Translations under genes and position numbers: made by a program | Notes under the pieces: model-generated | Told to the model about the DNA's origin: nothing | Database searches by the model: none | Seen by the model: the letters and a program-made list of their open reading frames with translations, nothing else | Source of the DNA: a bacterium | Lineage (GTDB): Bacteria > SAR324 > NAC60-12 | Direction: 5' to 3' | Length of the DNA stretch: 64,000 bases | Assembly (NCBI GenBank): GCA_965205865.1 | Contig: CBDBHR010000030.1 | Span: 800,001-864,000 of the forward strand | Part shown: in pieces, positions 21,878 to 32,203 of the stretch | How positions within the stretch are numbered: position 1 is the stretch's first letter | Layout of the letters: each line of letters starts with the position of its first letter

Positions 21878-22171
21878 CTACCGAAACTCCTCGATGATGG
21901 TGCGTTCGATAGGAATTTGGACATAACCAACCTCTTCGCTCCAAAAAAAATAATAGCCCAATACTCTACCACTATCATCTTTGCCGGTTGTGATTTTTCC
22001 ATCCCGTACCAACCAGGTTTTGACTATTTTCCCTTCGTCAATGTATGAAACTTTTAAGTCTTTACCGAGGATATTGTCTGCTTGGCGAAATATCCGATTC
22101 CTTGATTCTTCAGTACATCCGACGAGAGAAAAGAATCCAAGGACCAGCAAAAAATAACTTGACTTTTTCAT
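21878..22171 (-). CDS. Small lipoprotein
   Basis: MKKSSYFLLVLGFFSLVGC lipobox; RBS AAGGA. Confidence 0.75.
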   Translation of the reverse strand: MKKSSYFLLVLGFFSLVGCTEESRNRIFRQADNILGKDLKVSYIDEGKIVKTWLVRDGKITTGKDDSGRVLGYYFFWSEEVGYVQIPIERTIIEEFR

Positions 22172-22178
22172 GTTTCCT

Positions 22179-23729
22179 TTATCGTATAAGCATGAAACAC
22201 AATCCCATAATGAGGGTAGGAATGATGGCTCCTGCCGCCAAACCAAGGGGGGACACTCCCCCATCAAAATATTCGGCAAGTATCGATTGCCCCGCTGGAT
22301 TTGGAGCATTGGCAATGACGGTCAATCCTCCTCCGGTTACCGCGCCTGCCACTACTGCGTACTTGAGTCCATCGGTCAAGGAAGGCACCAGGGTACTCAG
22401 GTAGGTGATGGCGGCATTGTCGTTGAATGCGGTTAAAACCGTAGCTCCGGCCATTAATGGCACTTCGGATAAACTGCCCAAAACCGGAGCAATCCACCAC
22501 CCCTGCAAACCTCCATGCGTCACTAAACCCGCCAGGAAAAATCCAACCAGCAATGCCGGTTTCAAATCAACCCGACTTTGATGAGGGTGGGTTGCCTGGA
22601 CAAAACCGAGGAAGAATAAAAATCCTCCAATAAACATTACGGGATAGTGGACGTTGAATACGGTCCATGCCATGAAGATAAGATGCGCAACGGTGATCCA
22701 TGCGGGCACAGGAGAATGGTTTGCGTTTTTTTCAGAAGAATGTTGCTCGGCAACTGGTTGTTTCAGTGTAGCAAACTCACGCCGAAAGACAAGAAAATAC
22801 AAAGTATTGGCCAGCACAATTCCGAGTGCTGCTTTCCAGCCAAAATGAGTGAACATAAACGCCATATCCCAGTTCCAGAGTGCGGCCACCATCAGGACGG
22901 GAGGCGCGGCAAAATGTGAAAGAGTTCCACCAACTGATATATTGACGAACAATAACCCAATTGTGGCATAGGCAAATCCGGGAGAGGGTTTGCATTGATA
23001 AAATTGTTTGGCAAGCAAAAGGGCGGAGATAGTCATGGCTGCAGGTTCCGTGATAAAAGAGCCGAGCAAAGGGGCGATTGTCAAAATCGACAACCACCAT
23101 GCCGCAGGGGAGTAACCGCCAAAACGAGCCACTGAATGGAGACTGTTTTCAGCCAATTTGACCACGGGTCTGCTGGAGGCAAGGGCCATGATCACCACCA
23201 CAAACATCGGTTCGGTATAATTGACCGTTCCATTGACATAATGGACGATATCGGCCCAACTGAAAAAATAAAACGCAACTGCCAGTAAAGGCAGTACCCA
23301 CAAGCCAAAAACCACTTCCACTTCACCCAGAAAATGCATGACTTGCGCACCAAAATGGACATCATGCCAGACACCAATGTCATCTTGTGTTATGTTTTTC
23401 ATCCGATCACCGGATTCATGTTCCCAACGATGCGCGGTCCTCCTGAACAATCCCGTCAGAAACGTATGGCAGATGGCGCAGGCAAAAAGGAGGGTTGCAA
23501 TCAAATTGAAGGGATGTTGGTCAATACGATGGGACAAGATTTCAATCAAGTCCGTGAGATGGCCATCTTGATAGCTATCCAGAGGAAGACGCAGGGAAGT
23601 GGCGTGTGAGGATTCGGAAGTAGATGACGGAGTTCCGGCGGCATAAAGCAATGCGGGTACGCTGACACCGGTGCACAGCGCAATCCACCATTTAAAAAAA
23701 TATCGCATAGGCGCATGAAAATCAGTCAT
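22179..23729 (-). CDS. Putative Na+/H+ antiporter (DUF1504)
   Basis: HFLGEVE, GSFITEPAAMT, VTGGGLTVIANAPNPAG. Confidence 0.88.
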   Translation of the reverse strand: MTDFHAPMRYFFKWWIALCTGVSVPALLYAAGTPSSTSESSHATSLRLPLDSYQDGHLTDLIEILSHRIDQHPFNLIATLLFACAICHTFLTGLFRRTAHRWEHESGDRMKNITQDDIGVWHDVHFGAQVMHFLGEVEVVFGLWVLPLLAVAFYFFSWADIVHYVNGTVNYTEPMFVVVIMALASSRPVVKLAENSLHSVARFGGYSPAAWWLSILTIAPLLGSFITEPAAMTISALLLAKQFYQCKPSPGFAYATIGLLFVNISVGGTLSHFAAPPVLMVAALWNWDMAFMFTHFGWKAALGIVLANTLYFLVFRREFATLKQPVAEQHSSEKNANHSPVPAWITVAHLIFMAWTVFNVHYPVMFIGGFLFFLGFVQATHPHQSRVDLKPALLVGFFLAGLVTHGGLQGWWIAPVLGSLSEVPLMAGATVLTAFNDNAAITYLSTLVPSLTDGLKYAVVAGAVTGGGLTVIANAPNPAGQSILAEYFDGGVSPLGLAAGAIIPTLIMGLCFMLIR

Positions 23730-23828
23730 AATTTGGATTGCGAGTATTGCATAAGAACAACCAAGATAAAAAAATTTTCTCTTTTTTAAGCAGGAACTGT
23801 ATGATTTTTCTTCAATTGGGGACTCCCA

Positions 23829-25844
23829 TTAAAAGCGAAGCAGCATGAAGCAAAGTCCCATAATGAATGTGGGAATGAGTGCCGCTTTGGCTAGTCCAAT
23901 AGGGGAGACGCCGTTGTGAAAGTATTTGGATAATATCGATTGCCCCGCCGGGTTGGGAGCGTTGGCGATGACGGTCAAGCCACCTCCTGTGACGGCTCCC
24001 GCCACCACAGCATATTTTAGTTCCTCTGCAAGATCAGGAATCAATGTGCTGAGAAAAGTAATGGCGGCATTGTCATTGAAGGCGGTGAGGAACACAGCTC
24101 CCACCATCAAGGGAATTTCTGAGAGACTGCCCAATACGGGGGCTATCCACCACGCCTGTAATCCACCATGAATCACCAGACCTGCCAGGAAAAATCCGAC
24201 CAGCAAAGCGGGTTTCAAATCCGCGCGGTTCTGAAATGGAGCAGTAGCCTGGGCAAATCCCAGATAAAACAGAAAACCGGCAATGAACAAGGGCGGATGG
24301 TGGGCATTCATCACTGTCCAAGCCATGAAAGCGACATGCACCAGCATAATCCAGCTGGGAACCGCGTCAGAACGATTATCCCAGTTGGGGTCCCGATAAG
24401 CGGGGCGTTCCTTTCTTGGAAGAAGACCGGGTAGATTTTTTTCCATTTCATGTCGCTTACTCTTTTCAAAAACTCTATCAAATGCAGATTCCAGATCGGG
24501 AGATTTGTCAAGTTTTTCCGCAATTTTTTCTTTCAAGCGAACTTTGATTTGCTCACATTTCTCATCAAACGAGGCTTTGAATCCCAATTCCTCATTGACC
24601 ACTACTTCTATTTTGTCAAATTCTTGCTCCAAGGTGTTGCGATCAATCACGGTGGCTTCCAATTCCCTTTGCATTTCCAGAGTCGCATACTTTTGATCCA
24701 TTTTTTGCAATTCCGCTTTATGGAAGAGATAATAAACTGTGGTGGCAATGAGAATCCCGAGAGTGGCTTTCCAACCAAAATTTCCCAACATGAAGAAAAA
24801 GCCCCAATTCCAGGGAGCTGCCACAATCAATACTGGTGGTGCGGCAAAATGCGTTAGCGTTCCTCCCACTGAAATGTTAACAAAGAGCAAACCGATGGTG
24901 GCATAGGAGAATCGAGGACTGGGATTGAGCGAATAGAACTTTTTGGCCAGTAGCAAGGCAGAAATCGTCATTGCGGCGGGCTCTGTGATGAAAGATCCCA
25001 ACAGCGGGCCAATCACTAAAATCGTAAACCACCATGAGGTGAGGGAGCCACCCATGCGACTGGCAATTCTTTCCATGATCAACTCAGCCAATTTGACCAC
25101 GGGACGAGTCGAGGACAAGGTCATGATTACGACGACAAACATGGGCTCGGTATAGTTCACATAGCTGAAGTAATGCAACGTCAAGGAGGGACCAAAAAAG
25201 AGAAAAATCACAATACCCAGCACGACCGCCCACATGCCAAAAACAGCTTCCACTTCTCCGACAAAATGGAGTGCTTCCGCGCCAAAGCGCATCCCTTCCC
25301 TGGGTTTTCCTTGTTTGACGGATTCCTCGTAAACCTGGCCGAGATGATGGGCCATGTTTCGAAATCTGGAAGTGAGGAATGTATGAATGATAGCGCAAAG
25401 GAAAATGAGGGAGGCGATCAAGTAAAACGATTCAACCGCAATACGGTTGCTCATTTTCTCCAGGATTCCTGAATTTTCTTCACCCAGGTAGGTATCGATA
25501 GGACGAGGAAAGACTGCTGATTTGCTGGCACGGTACCTTACCAATTGTTTGAATGCTTGCGAAGACTCTTCACTCAGCAGTTGATTGATGATTTCCAGGA
25601 ACTCATCTTCATCATGAAAAACCTGCCCTTGCAAATCTTCCAATGCCTTCAAATCCCGCCCATCCACAGAACCAGGAGCTTTTGCAATATCACTTTGTAA
25701 CGTCTTCAGTACGGATTCGGTGATTTCAAAACCGGTACTTCCCCCGGAAATCCGACCACTAGCGGCATAGACCAAGGCGGCGATTCCCATCAGTATCCAA
25801 GCCAGGATTATCCATTTCCAGAAGGGTGTCATCCTGTTCTCCAT
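23829..25844 (-). CDS. Putative Na+/H+ antiporter (DUF1504) paralogue with N-terminal extension and large hydrophilic insertion
   Basis: Same motifs as its neighbour plus an extra charged loop of about 100 aa. Confidence 0.88.
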   Translation of the reverse strand: MENRMTPFWKWIILAWILMGIAALVYAASGRISGGSTGFEITESVLKTLQSDIAKAPGSVDGRDLKALEDLQGQVFHDEDEFLEIINQLLSEESSQAFKQLVRYRASKSAVFPRPIDTYLGEENSGILEKMSNRIAVESFYLIASLIFLCAIIHTFLTSRFRNMAHHLGQVYEESVKQGKPREGMRFGAEALHFVGEVEAVFGMWAVVLGIVIFLFFGPSLTLHYFSYVNYTEPMFVVVIMTLSSTRPVVKLAELIMERIASRMGGSLTSWWFTILVIGPLLGSFITEPAAMTISALLLAKKFYSLNPSPRFSYATIGLLFVNISVGGTLTHFAAPPVLIVAAPWNWGFFFMLGNFGWKATLGILIATTVYYLFHKAELQKMDQKYATLEMQRELEATVIDRNTLEQEFDKIEVVVNEELGFKASFDEKCEQIKVRLKEKIAEKLDKSPDLESAFDRVFEKSKRHEMEKNLPGLLPRKERPAYRDPNWDNRSDAVPSWIMLVHVAFMAWTVMNAHHPPLFIAGFLFYLGFAQATAPFQNRADLKPALLVGFFLAGLVIHGGLQAWWIAPVLGSLSEIPLMVGAVFLTAFNDNAAITFLSTLIPDLAEELKYAVVAGAVTGGGLTVIANAPNPAGQSILSKYFHNGVSPIGLAKAALIPTFIMGLCFMLLRF

Positions 25845-25875
25845 GTGACCACTTTGTCTCTCGGCAGTTTTTCCA

Positions 25876-26136
25876 TCAATACGGAATCAGAAAAGCACGG
25901 AGAACCTGAATGACAATCAGGACCACCACGAGGGAAAGATCAAATCTTCCGATTGGAGGCACCACCTGTCGCACAGGTGCCAGTACGGGTTCTGTGATTT
26001 GATACAAGAATTGAACGATTTTATTGCGAGGATCAGGGCTGACCCAAGAGATCAGAGCGCGAGCAATAAGGATAAACGCGTACAAATTCAAAATGGCACC
26101 CAAGACTTGAATTAAAGAAATCGGGACGGCATACAT
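25876..26136 (-). CDS. yggT: YggT family membrane protein
   Basis: ISWVSPDPRN..ITEPVLAPVR..PPIG.FDLS. Confidence 0.9.
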   Translation of the reverse strand: MYAVPISLIQVLGAILNLYAFILIARALISWVSPDPRNKIVQFLYQITEPVLAPVRQVVPPIGRFDLSLVVVLIVIQVLRAFLIPY

Positions 26137-26177
26137 GTTTTCAACTCCCTATTTTATAAATTTCCTCGCTTTTCAAC

Positions 26178-26879
26178 TCAACCACGCGTGCCAAATATAG
26201 CGCTCCCAATCCGAATGAAAGTGGCTCCTTCTTCGATTGCCCACTTGTAATCGGAAGACATGCCCATCGACAATTCCGTAATGGTTTGCTGTTTTCCAAA
26301 TCGTCGCGCCAAACGTTCCCGCCATTGATAAAGGGTTGCAAAGATTTTTCGCGTCTCTTTTTCATTGGACTGGGGATTCGCCATCGTCATTAGCCCTTTG
26401 AACTGCAAGCTGCGACACGACAAGAGATGTTCAACCAAGCAACACAGATCATCCCATTCCCGGATTCCCGTCTTGGTGCTTTCCCGGGTGAGATTGACTT
26501 GAACCAAAACTTTCGTGGATACCTGGGACTGTTGGCCTCTTTTTTCCAAGGCATCCACCAATTGCATGGAATCAATGGAATGAATCCATTGAAATCTTCC
26601 CAGACAGTGACGAACTTTATTTCTCTGTAAATGCCCGACCAAATGCCATTCAATGTCCTGAGGAAGTAGAGGGATTTTTCCGATTGCTTCTTGCGCACGG
26701 TTTTCTCCGAATCGCCATTGTCCGGCAGCAAAAGCAGCTTCGACCGCAGTGGCAGGAAATGTTTTGGAGATGGCGATCAAGCGCACTTCTTCCATCCGCC
26801 GTCCGCATTTTTGCGCACTTTCCCGGATTTCTTGATGGAGCTTATCCAGATTGGCTTTGATAGGCTGGTGGGAGAGCAT
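26178..26879 (-). CDS. yggS: PLP homeostasis protein
   Basis: LIAISKT, FGENRAQE, GHLQRNK, LSMGMSSD, RIGSAIFG. Confidence 0.95.
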   Translation of the reverse strand: MLSHQPIKANLDKLHQEIRESAQKCGRRMEEVRLIAISKTFPATAVEAAFAAGQWRFGENRAQEAIGKIPLLPQDIEWHLVGHLQRNKVRHCLGRFQWIHSIDSMQLVDALEKRGQQSQVSTKVLVQVNLTRESTKTGIREWDDLCCLVEHLLSCRSLQFKGLMTMANPQSNEKETRKIFATLYQWRERLARRFGKQQTITELSMGMSSDYKWAIEEGATFIRIGSAIFGTRG

Positions 26880-27279
26880 TTTCTGATGCGTCAGGGAGGA
26901 AATTTAATGACTCGGACGGGTTCCTTTTCCCCAGTTTTCCGAAGACATCTTGGCTGGTTGTGATCTCAATAAGCGAAGATGCCCTCAAAATTTTGCAGCG
27001 AGTTGTCTGAGATTTTCTATTATTGATGTCTTGCCAGCGTTTTTCAAGATCTTTTATCAGTGAAAAGGGAAAGGAGGATGGGAAGGACGGTTGATGGGGA
27101 AAGAAAAAAGCGAGTGTATTTGAACTATACATTCAAGTATGTTTGATTTAATATAAAACTCTGCGGCGGTCCTGGAAAATTAATTTATTGCTTGAATATT
27201 CGCTCCTACTGAGCAATCAGTGACCAGAGATGTTGGCACTGAAAAATCGTTTGAACCACAATTTCGACTTGGAGGAGAT

Positions 27280-29499
27280 ATGGATAGCGAACTAGCAAGC
27301 CTGCTCTATCATTCAGTAGAAAAAGACAACCCTGAAGAAATTCTTACCTTTGAGGAATATTTGGACGTCATCAAAGAAGAGCCTTGGGTGGCGCGCAATA
27401 CTTTTCAATTGCTGCACGACATCATGCTTTCCAGTGGCGTGGAACATTCGATCATGCCAGGAAAACCGGTCAAGCATCGCTATGGATTCTTTGAGTTCTC
27501 GTCGATGGTGGGCGACTTTGTGGTTTTTGGACAGCAAAAAGCCAAGGAAAATCTGGTGGAAAAAATCGACAACGCCAGTCGTGGTTTGGAAGCTTCCAAA
27601 CGTCTCTGGATTTTGCTCGGTCCTCCAGGGGCGGCAAAATCCCGCTCCATGGATGGTATCAAGCTTTCGCTGCGCAACTACTCGAAATCGGAGGCGGGGA
27701 AAACCTACACCATGCTTCTGCCCACCATCGACGAACGCTTGAAAGACCGGGCGCTTTTTGAAGAGGAGGGGATTTTTTATTTGCAAAGCCCCCTGTTCGA
27801 AAAACCCCTGCAAGTCATTCCTGAAAGCATTCGGGATGAATTTTCCCAATGGTTGACCAATCAAATTGAACAGGAGGTAATCGCCGAATGGTTGGAAAAA
27901 CACCCTCACTATGACTATGAATTCAAAATCAATATAACGGGCGCAATTTCTCCCTACTCGGATTATGTGCTCAAAGATTTCATGTCCGCCAAGGGTCTCA
28001 ATTTTCTCGAGATGCTTCCTTGGATCAAAGTCAAGCGGATGATCTATGACACCCGCACCAAAACCGGGATTGGCTCTTACACTCCCAGAGATGAAAAGAG
28101 TCAGGAAGCCGGTTCTTTGGTGGGCAATATCGACTACAGCTTGCTGCCACGCTTTGGTAGTGAATCTCATCCCTTAGTTCATGATTACAAAGGAGAACTA
28201 TGTGCCGGCGCCAACGGATTCGTGGAGATTCACGAGATTCTCAAACTTTCCGATAAATTTTTATATGAGATGCTGTTTGCCACGCAGGATCGCTTTTTCA
28301 AACCGGAAGGGCAGCCACCCATTCCCTTCAATGGCGTAATCATTGGCCACACGAATTTCCATGAATTCAATATGTTCATGGGCAATGAATCCTTTGAAGC
28401 CCTGCGTTCACGGACCACTTTTATCGAAATGCCATTGTCGGTGGACTACAGTCAAGAGGAACAAATTTATGCCTTTACGTACTCCAATGACAATCGGAAA
28501 TGGGATAAAAACAAAAAACATCAGGCTCACGTCGCTCCCCACAGTCTGACATTCCTCAGTTTGATTGCCGTGATGTCACGGCTCTACGAATCTAAACAAA
28601 ACCCCAACCTGACACTTTTACAAAAAGCCCTCATTTATGCCGGCAGGGCAGACAGCGGTGCCGACAACAATGTGGCCAAAGTGATTTTGGATGAATTTGA
28701 ATTCGTCAAACCTTCCGAGGGCACATTTGGACTGGACCCGCGCTTCATTCAAAATATATTTGAAAATACTGAGCATTTCCAAATCAATGAGTATGCAGCC
28801 AACATCAAACAGTTGGAGCAAGAATCCGGAGACCATGCATTGCTCACCTCCATTGCCCTGCAAAACCCCTGCGTCACTCCATTGGATTTATACCTGCGCT
28901 TGGAAAATGGGATTAAGGATTCATTTGCCAATCAAAAAACAAAGCTCAGCCACTATGTGGAAAAAATTCTCCCCCAGGCCAAAAGCTGGATTTTCGGACA
29001 GATCTCCAGTGATGTATACAGCGCGATTCTGCGGGATGATACCGTCATCGAAACCTCATGGAAAAAATACACCGATCACGTGAGAGCCTATGCTCACAAT
29101 ACGAAAGTCAAGCACGACGTCACTCAAACGGATGTGCAGCCCGACGAAAAATTCATGCAGACGATTGAACAATATCTTGGAATTCCGGACAAAGAGGTGT
29201 TCCGCAAGGAACTGAGTGATGCGATTGCCAGTGTCAATTATTCCATCATTTTGGCCGATGAGCCGTCCTATCAAAATGCCATCAAAAAATTTGTTTTCGA
29301 AAATGAATTCAAGTCGGGTGAAAACATGAAGCTTTTGGGTTGGATCAAAAGCGGTACCAGTGCGGCCAATGTCAATTTGAAGGAACAGGAACAACTGAAC
29401 GAAACCATCAGATATCTCATCGAGGTGAAAGGGTATTGCGGCAAATGCGCGTTCCAGGCGTTGACCATCACAGCCAACGCGTCCAGTATTATCATTTAA
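27280..29499 (+). CDS. PrkA/YeaG-family AAA+ protein, copy 1
   Basis: LLGPPGAAKS, YTPRDEKSQEAGSLVG, GELCAGANG, IIGHTN, EALRSR; RBS GGAGG. Confidence 0.85.
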   Translation: MDSELASLLYHSVEKDNPEEILTFEEYLDVIKEEPWVARNTFQLLHDIMLSSGVEHSIMPGKPVKHRYGFFEFSSMVGDFVVFGQQKAKENLVEKIDNASRGLEASKRLWILLGPPGAAKSRSMDGIKLSLRNYSKSEAGKTYTMLLPTIDERLKDRALFEEEGIFYLQSPLFEKPLQVIPESIRDEFSQWLTNQIEQEVIAEWLEKHPHYDYEFKINITGAISPYSDYVLKDFMSAKGLNFLEMLPWIKVKRMIYDTRTKTGIGSYTPRDEKSQEAGSLVGNIDYSLLPRFGSESHPLVHDYKGELCAGANGFVEIHEILKLSDKFLYEMLFATQDRFFKPEGQPPIPFNGVIIGHTNFHEFNMFMGNESFEALRSRTTFIEMPLSVDYSQEEQIYAFTYSNDNRKWDKNKKHQAHVAPHSLTFLSLIAVMSRLYESKQNPNLTLLQKALIYAGRADSGADNNVAKVILDEFEFVKPSEGTFGLDPRFIQNIFENTEHFQINEYAANIKQLEQESGDHALLTSIALQNPCVTPLDLYLRLENGIKDSFANQKTKLSHYVEKILPQAKSWIFGQISSDVYSAILRDDTVIETSWKKYTDHVRAYAHNTKVKHDVTQTDVQPDEKFMQTIEQYLGIPDKEVFRKELSDAIASVNYSIILADEPSYQNAIKKFVFENEFKSGENMKLLGWIKSGTSAANVNLKEQEQLNETIRYLIEVKGYCGKCAFQALTITANASSIII

Positions 29500-29512
29500 C
29501 CATTGAAAACGG

Positions 29513-30574
29513 ATGGCCAGCGAAGAAAAAATTTCATCAGGCGAATCTGAAGGCGCGTTCAATGAATTCGTTGAAGAGCAGCTTACGGATATGCTTGAAA
29601 CCATCGTCAATGAAGGCGAATTCGACCATATTGGAGATCGCCATAGTGATGTGATCATTGAAATGGATGATATCGAGGTCCCCACTTTTTCTTACGGTGA
29701 AGAACGAGGGGGTCGAGGACAGGTAACAGGACCCGGGCGGGAAAAAGGGGGTAAAATGCGTTTCCTGCTCCCCTTTGACAAGCTGATGGCATTGATTGCT
29801 CATTCTCTCAGGTTGCCCGATTTGACAAAGGAAGGCAAAGGCAAGATCAAGGAATTTTCCTACGAATTCAAAACATTTGGGCAAATCGGAGTGACCCTGG
29901 ATAAAAAGCGTACCTTCAAACGAGCTTTGCGCAGCAATCTCGCTTTGAGGCTGTATGCTCCTGATGAAGGGCGCTATGACGTACAAATCATGCGCCGGGA
30001 CAAGCGATACAAACTCCCGGAACGCATTGAAAGGCCAAAGTACAAAGCAGTGGTCTTTTACATGGGAGATATTTCCTACTCGACTTATGGCGAGCGTCTG
30101 CAACTGGAAAAGCGCCTGGTGAATTTCACGCAAAGCTGGCTTGATTACAACTATGGTCCCGGCAACGTGGAACACCGTTTTTTTGTCCATGATATGGACG
30201 CATACGAAGTGCAGGCGGAGCAATTTTATAAGGTGAGCAACATAGGGGGAACCCAAGCCTCGACGGTCTTTGACCTGGTATTCCAGATTGCTTACAATGA
30301 ATATGATACTACCGCTACCAATTTTTATGGATTCTATTTTGGTGATGGAGAACTTTTTGATGATGATGCGCGTCATATCTTGGAAACCCTGGAAGGTTCC
30401 ATGCGTCCGTTGTTCAATCGCATTGGCATTGTGGAAGTACAGCCAGGGCGGTTGAGTTTGCTCAATCGTCAAGTCGCCACCCGCTTCAACCGGGATCCCA
30501 TAATCCGACTCAGTGAAATCAATGACAAACAGGAGACGGTAGATGTGATCAAAACTTTATTTGGAGAGCAGTGA
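29513..30574 (+). CDS. YeaH/YhbH (DUF444) vWA-like protein
   Basis: LDKKRTFKR, DISYS, FFVHD, GGT, FYFGDGE; operon context. Confidence 0.85.
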   Translation: MASEEKISSGESEGAFNEFVEEQLTDMLETIVNEGEFDHIGDRHSDVIIEMDDIEVPTFSYGEERGGRGQVTGPGREKGGKMRFLLPFDKLMALIAHSLRLPDLTKEGKGKIKEFSYEFKTFGQIGVTLDKKRTFKRALRSNLALRLYAPDEGRYDVQIMRRDKRYKLPERIERPKYKAVVFYMGDISYSTYGERLQLEKRLVNFTQSWLDYNYGPGNVEHRFFVHDMDAYEVQAEQFYKVSNIGGTQASTVFDLVFQIAYNEYDTTATNFYGFYFGDGELFDDDARHILETLEGSMRPLFNRIGIVEVQPGRLSLLNRQVATRFNRDPIIRLSEINDKQETVDVIKTLFGEQ

Positions 30575-32196
30575 TGCGTGCCATTCGTAGCGTCCCGGCA
30601 CTTTATGACCTGGAGCAGCGGGTCCTTTATCATGCGAAGGCCATGGAACGGAAGCTTCCGGAAATGCGGTTTTTCATTCTGGATAGCTGGGAATTCGTAT
30701 CGCTTCTGGAGAAATATGTCTATCCCACCAGCCCTATCAATATTTGGGAAGGCAAACGCGTCGTCACCAAGAAACACTGGGTGGAAACCGGGCAAGAATC
30801 GACCCTCTTTTACGAAGTTGTACAAACCGGAAATCCCTCCTATGCGTATCTCAATGCCACCAATTCCCCCATGACGCAGGCTTCGGTGATGGCCCACGTT
30901 TGTGGCCATTGTGAATTTTCAGAATTGAACGTCTTGCAGGATTCCAATTCGGACCGCACTGAATTCGTCATGTATCTGGTGAAAAAAACCAATATCGCCC
31001 GACAACAGATGGGAGATAAATTGTTTCTGGAGTACTGGAACGCCTGTGAATCCCTCGTTCCCTTGCTGGCTCCTCATTCTCAATTCAACTTGGCGCGGTC
31101 CGTTTCCACTGATTCCCTGACTCGACATCAGGAACATGATACCTACGTTCCTGAACAAGCCCCTCCAGCCTTCATACGGCCTTTTTCCACTACGATGGAC
31201 GCTTTATTGCGGATTTCGCCCAATGAACTGGCATGGAGAGAAGAGATGCGGCAGAAGAAGACGCAGGAACTATTGAGCCGACAGGGCTATACCCTCCAGG
31301 CGCCCTGCCAGGATATCATGGGGTTTTTGAAGAATTATGCTCCATCCAGTCGAGGCGAAAAAGCCATCCTGCACTACATGACGACAGTTCATGCCACGCA
31401 TGATTTTGTGGTGCGTACTCAAATCATGAACGAAGGATGGGCCATGTATTGGGAAAAAAAAATCATGCTGGAACTGTTCAAAGAAAAGGCCGTTTCAGGA
31501 ATCATTGACTATGCCAGGGTCTTTTCCGGAGTGTGCTTCCCACGCCCTTATTATGCTCGCAATCCTTATCATCTCGGTTTTCACCTGTGGAATCATATCG
31601 AGGCGCTCTATCGGGAAGGAAAGGTGAATTTGGACTATTTGGAGGAAGTGGACCAAGAGAAAAAATACCATTGGAATCAAGGCAGCAAGGAGTCCCCCAT
31701 CAAATCCATGGAACACCTGATTCGCACGGTCACCGACTATGATTTTCTGCGTCGGTTTTTGACGCTGGAATTGATTGAAACCTTTCATCTGAATCGCATC
31801 AGCAAGCAGGAAGCGCAGCGGATGGGCCTTTCTGCCGACAACGTTGTGAAAGAAGATGTTTACTGGTTGTGGATCGATCCCATCCCGGTCAAGGAGGAAA
31901 TGCTCAAATTTTTTACTCATTTTTTCCGTCCCCGTATTTATATCATCGATACTGATTTTCAGGACGGTGGGCTATTACTATTCCACCGGGACGACGGAAG
32001 GCGATTGCGCAAGGATTGGATCAAGCCGACTTTGAAAAATTTAAACCTGATTTGGAAAGGAGCGGTTTCTTTGGTATCAAAAAATTGGCTCTACAGTTTT
32101 TCGGCCAATCTTTTCAAAGAAACCGTCATCACGGAAGTTCTCTTTGAACAAGTGCAGGAACGGATACGCAATTCCGAAAAACCGTTTAGAATTTGA
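30571..32196 (+). CDS. SpoVR family protein
   Basis: YEVVQTGNPSYAYL, VMAHVCGH, QIMNEGWA, NPYHLG. Confidence 0.9.
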   Translation: MMRAIRSVPALYDLEQRVLYHAKAMERKLPEMRFFILDSWEFVSLLEKYVYPTSPINIWEGKRVVTKKHWVETGQESTLFYEVVQTGNPSYAYLNATNSPMTQASVMAHVCGHCEFSELNVLQDSNSDRTEFVMYLVKKTNIARQQMGDKLFLEYWNACESLVPLLAPHSQFNLARSVSTDSLTRHQEHDTYVPEQAPPAFIRPFSTTMDALLRISPNELAWREEMRQKKTQELLSRQGYTLQAPCQDIMGFLKNYAPSSRGEKAILHYMTTVHATHDFVVRTQIMNEGWAMYWEKKIMLELFKEKAVSGIIDYARVFSGVCFPRPYYARNPYHLGFHLWNHIEALYREGKVNLDYLEEVDQEKKYHWNQGSKESPIKSMEHLIRTVTDYDFLRRFLTLELIETFHLNRISKQEAQRMGLSADNVVKEDVYWLWIDPIPVKEEMLKFFTHFFRPRIYIIDTDFQDGGLLLFHRDDGRRLRKDWIKPTLKNLNLIWKGAVSLVSKNWLYSFSANLFKETVITEVLFEQVQERIRNSEKPFRI

Positions 32197-32203
32197 GGTG
32201 CTT

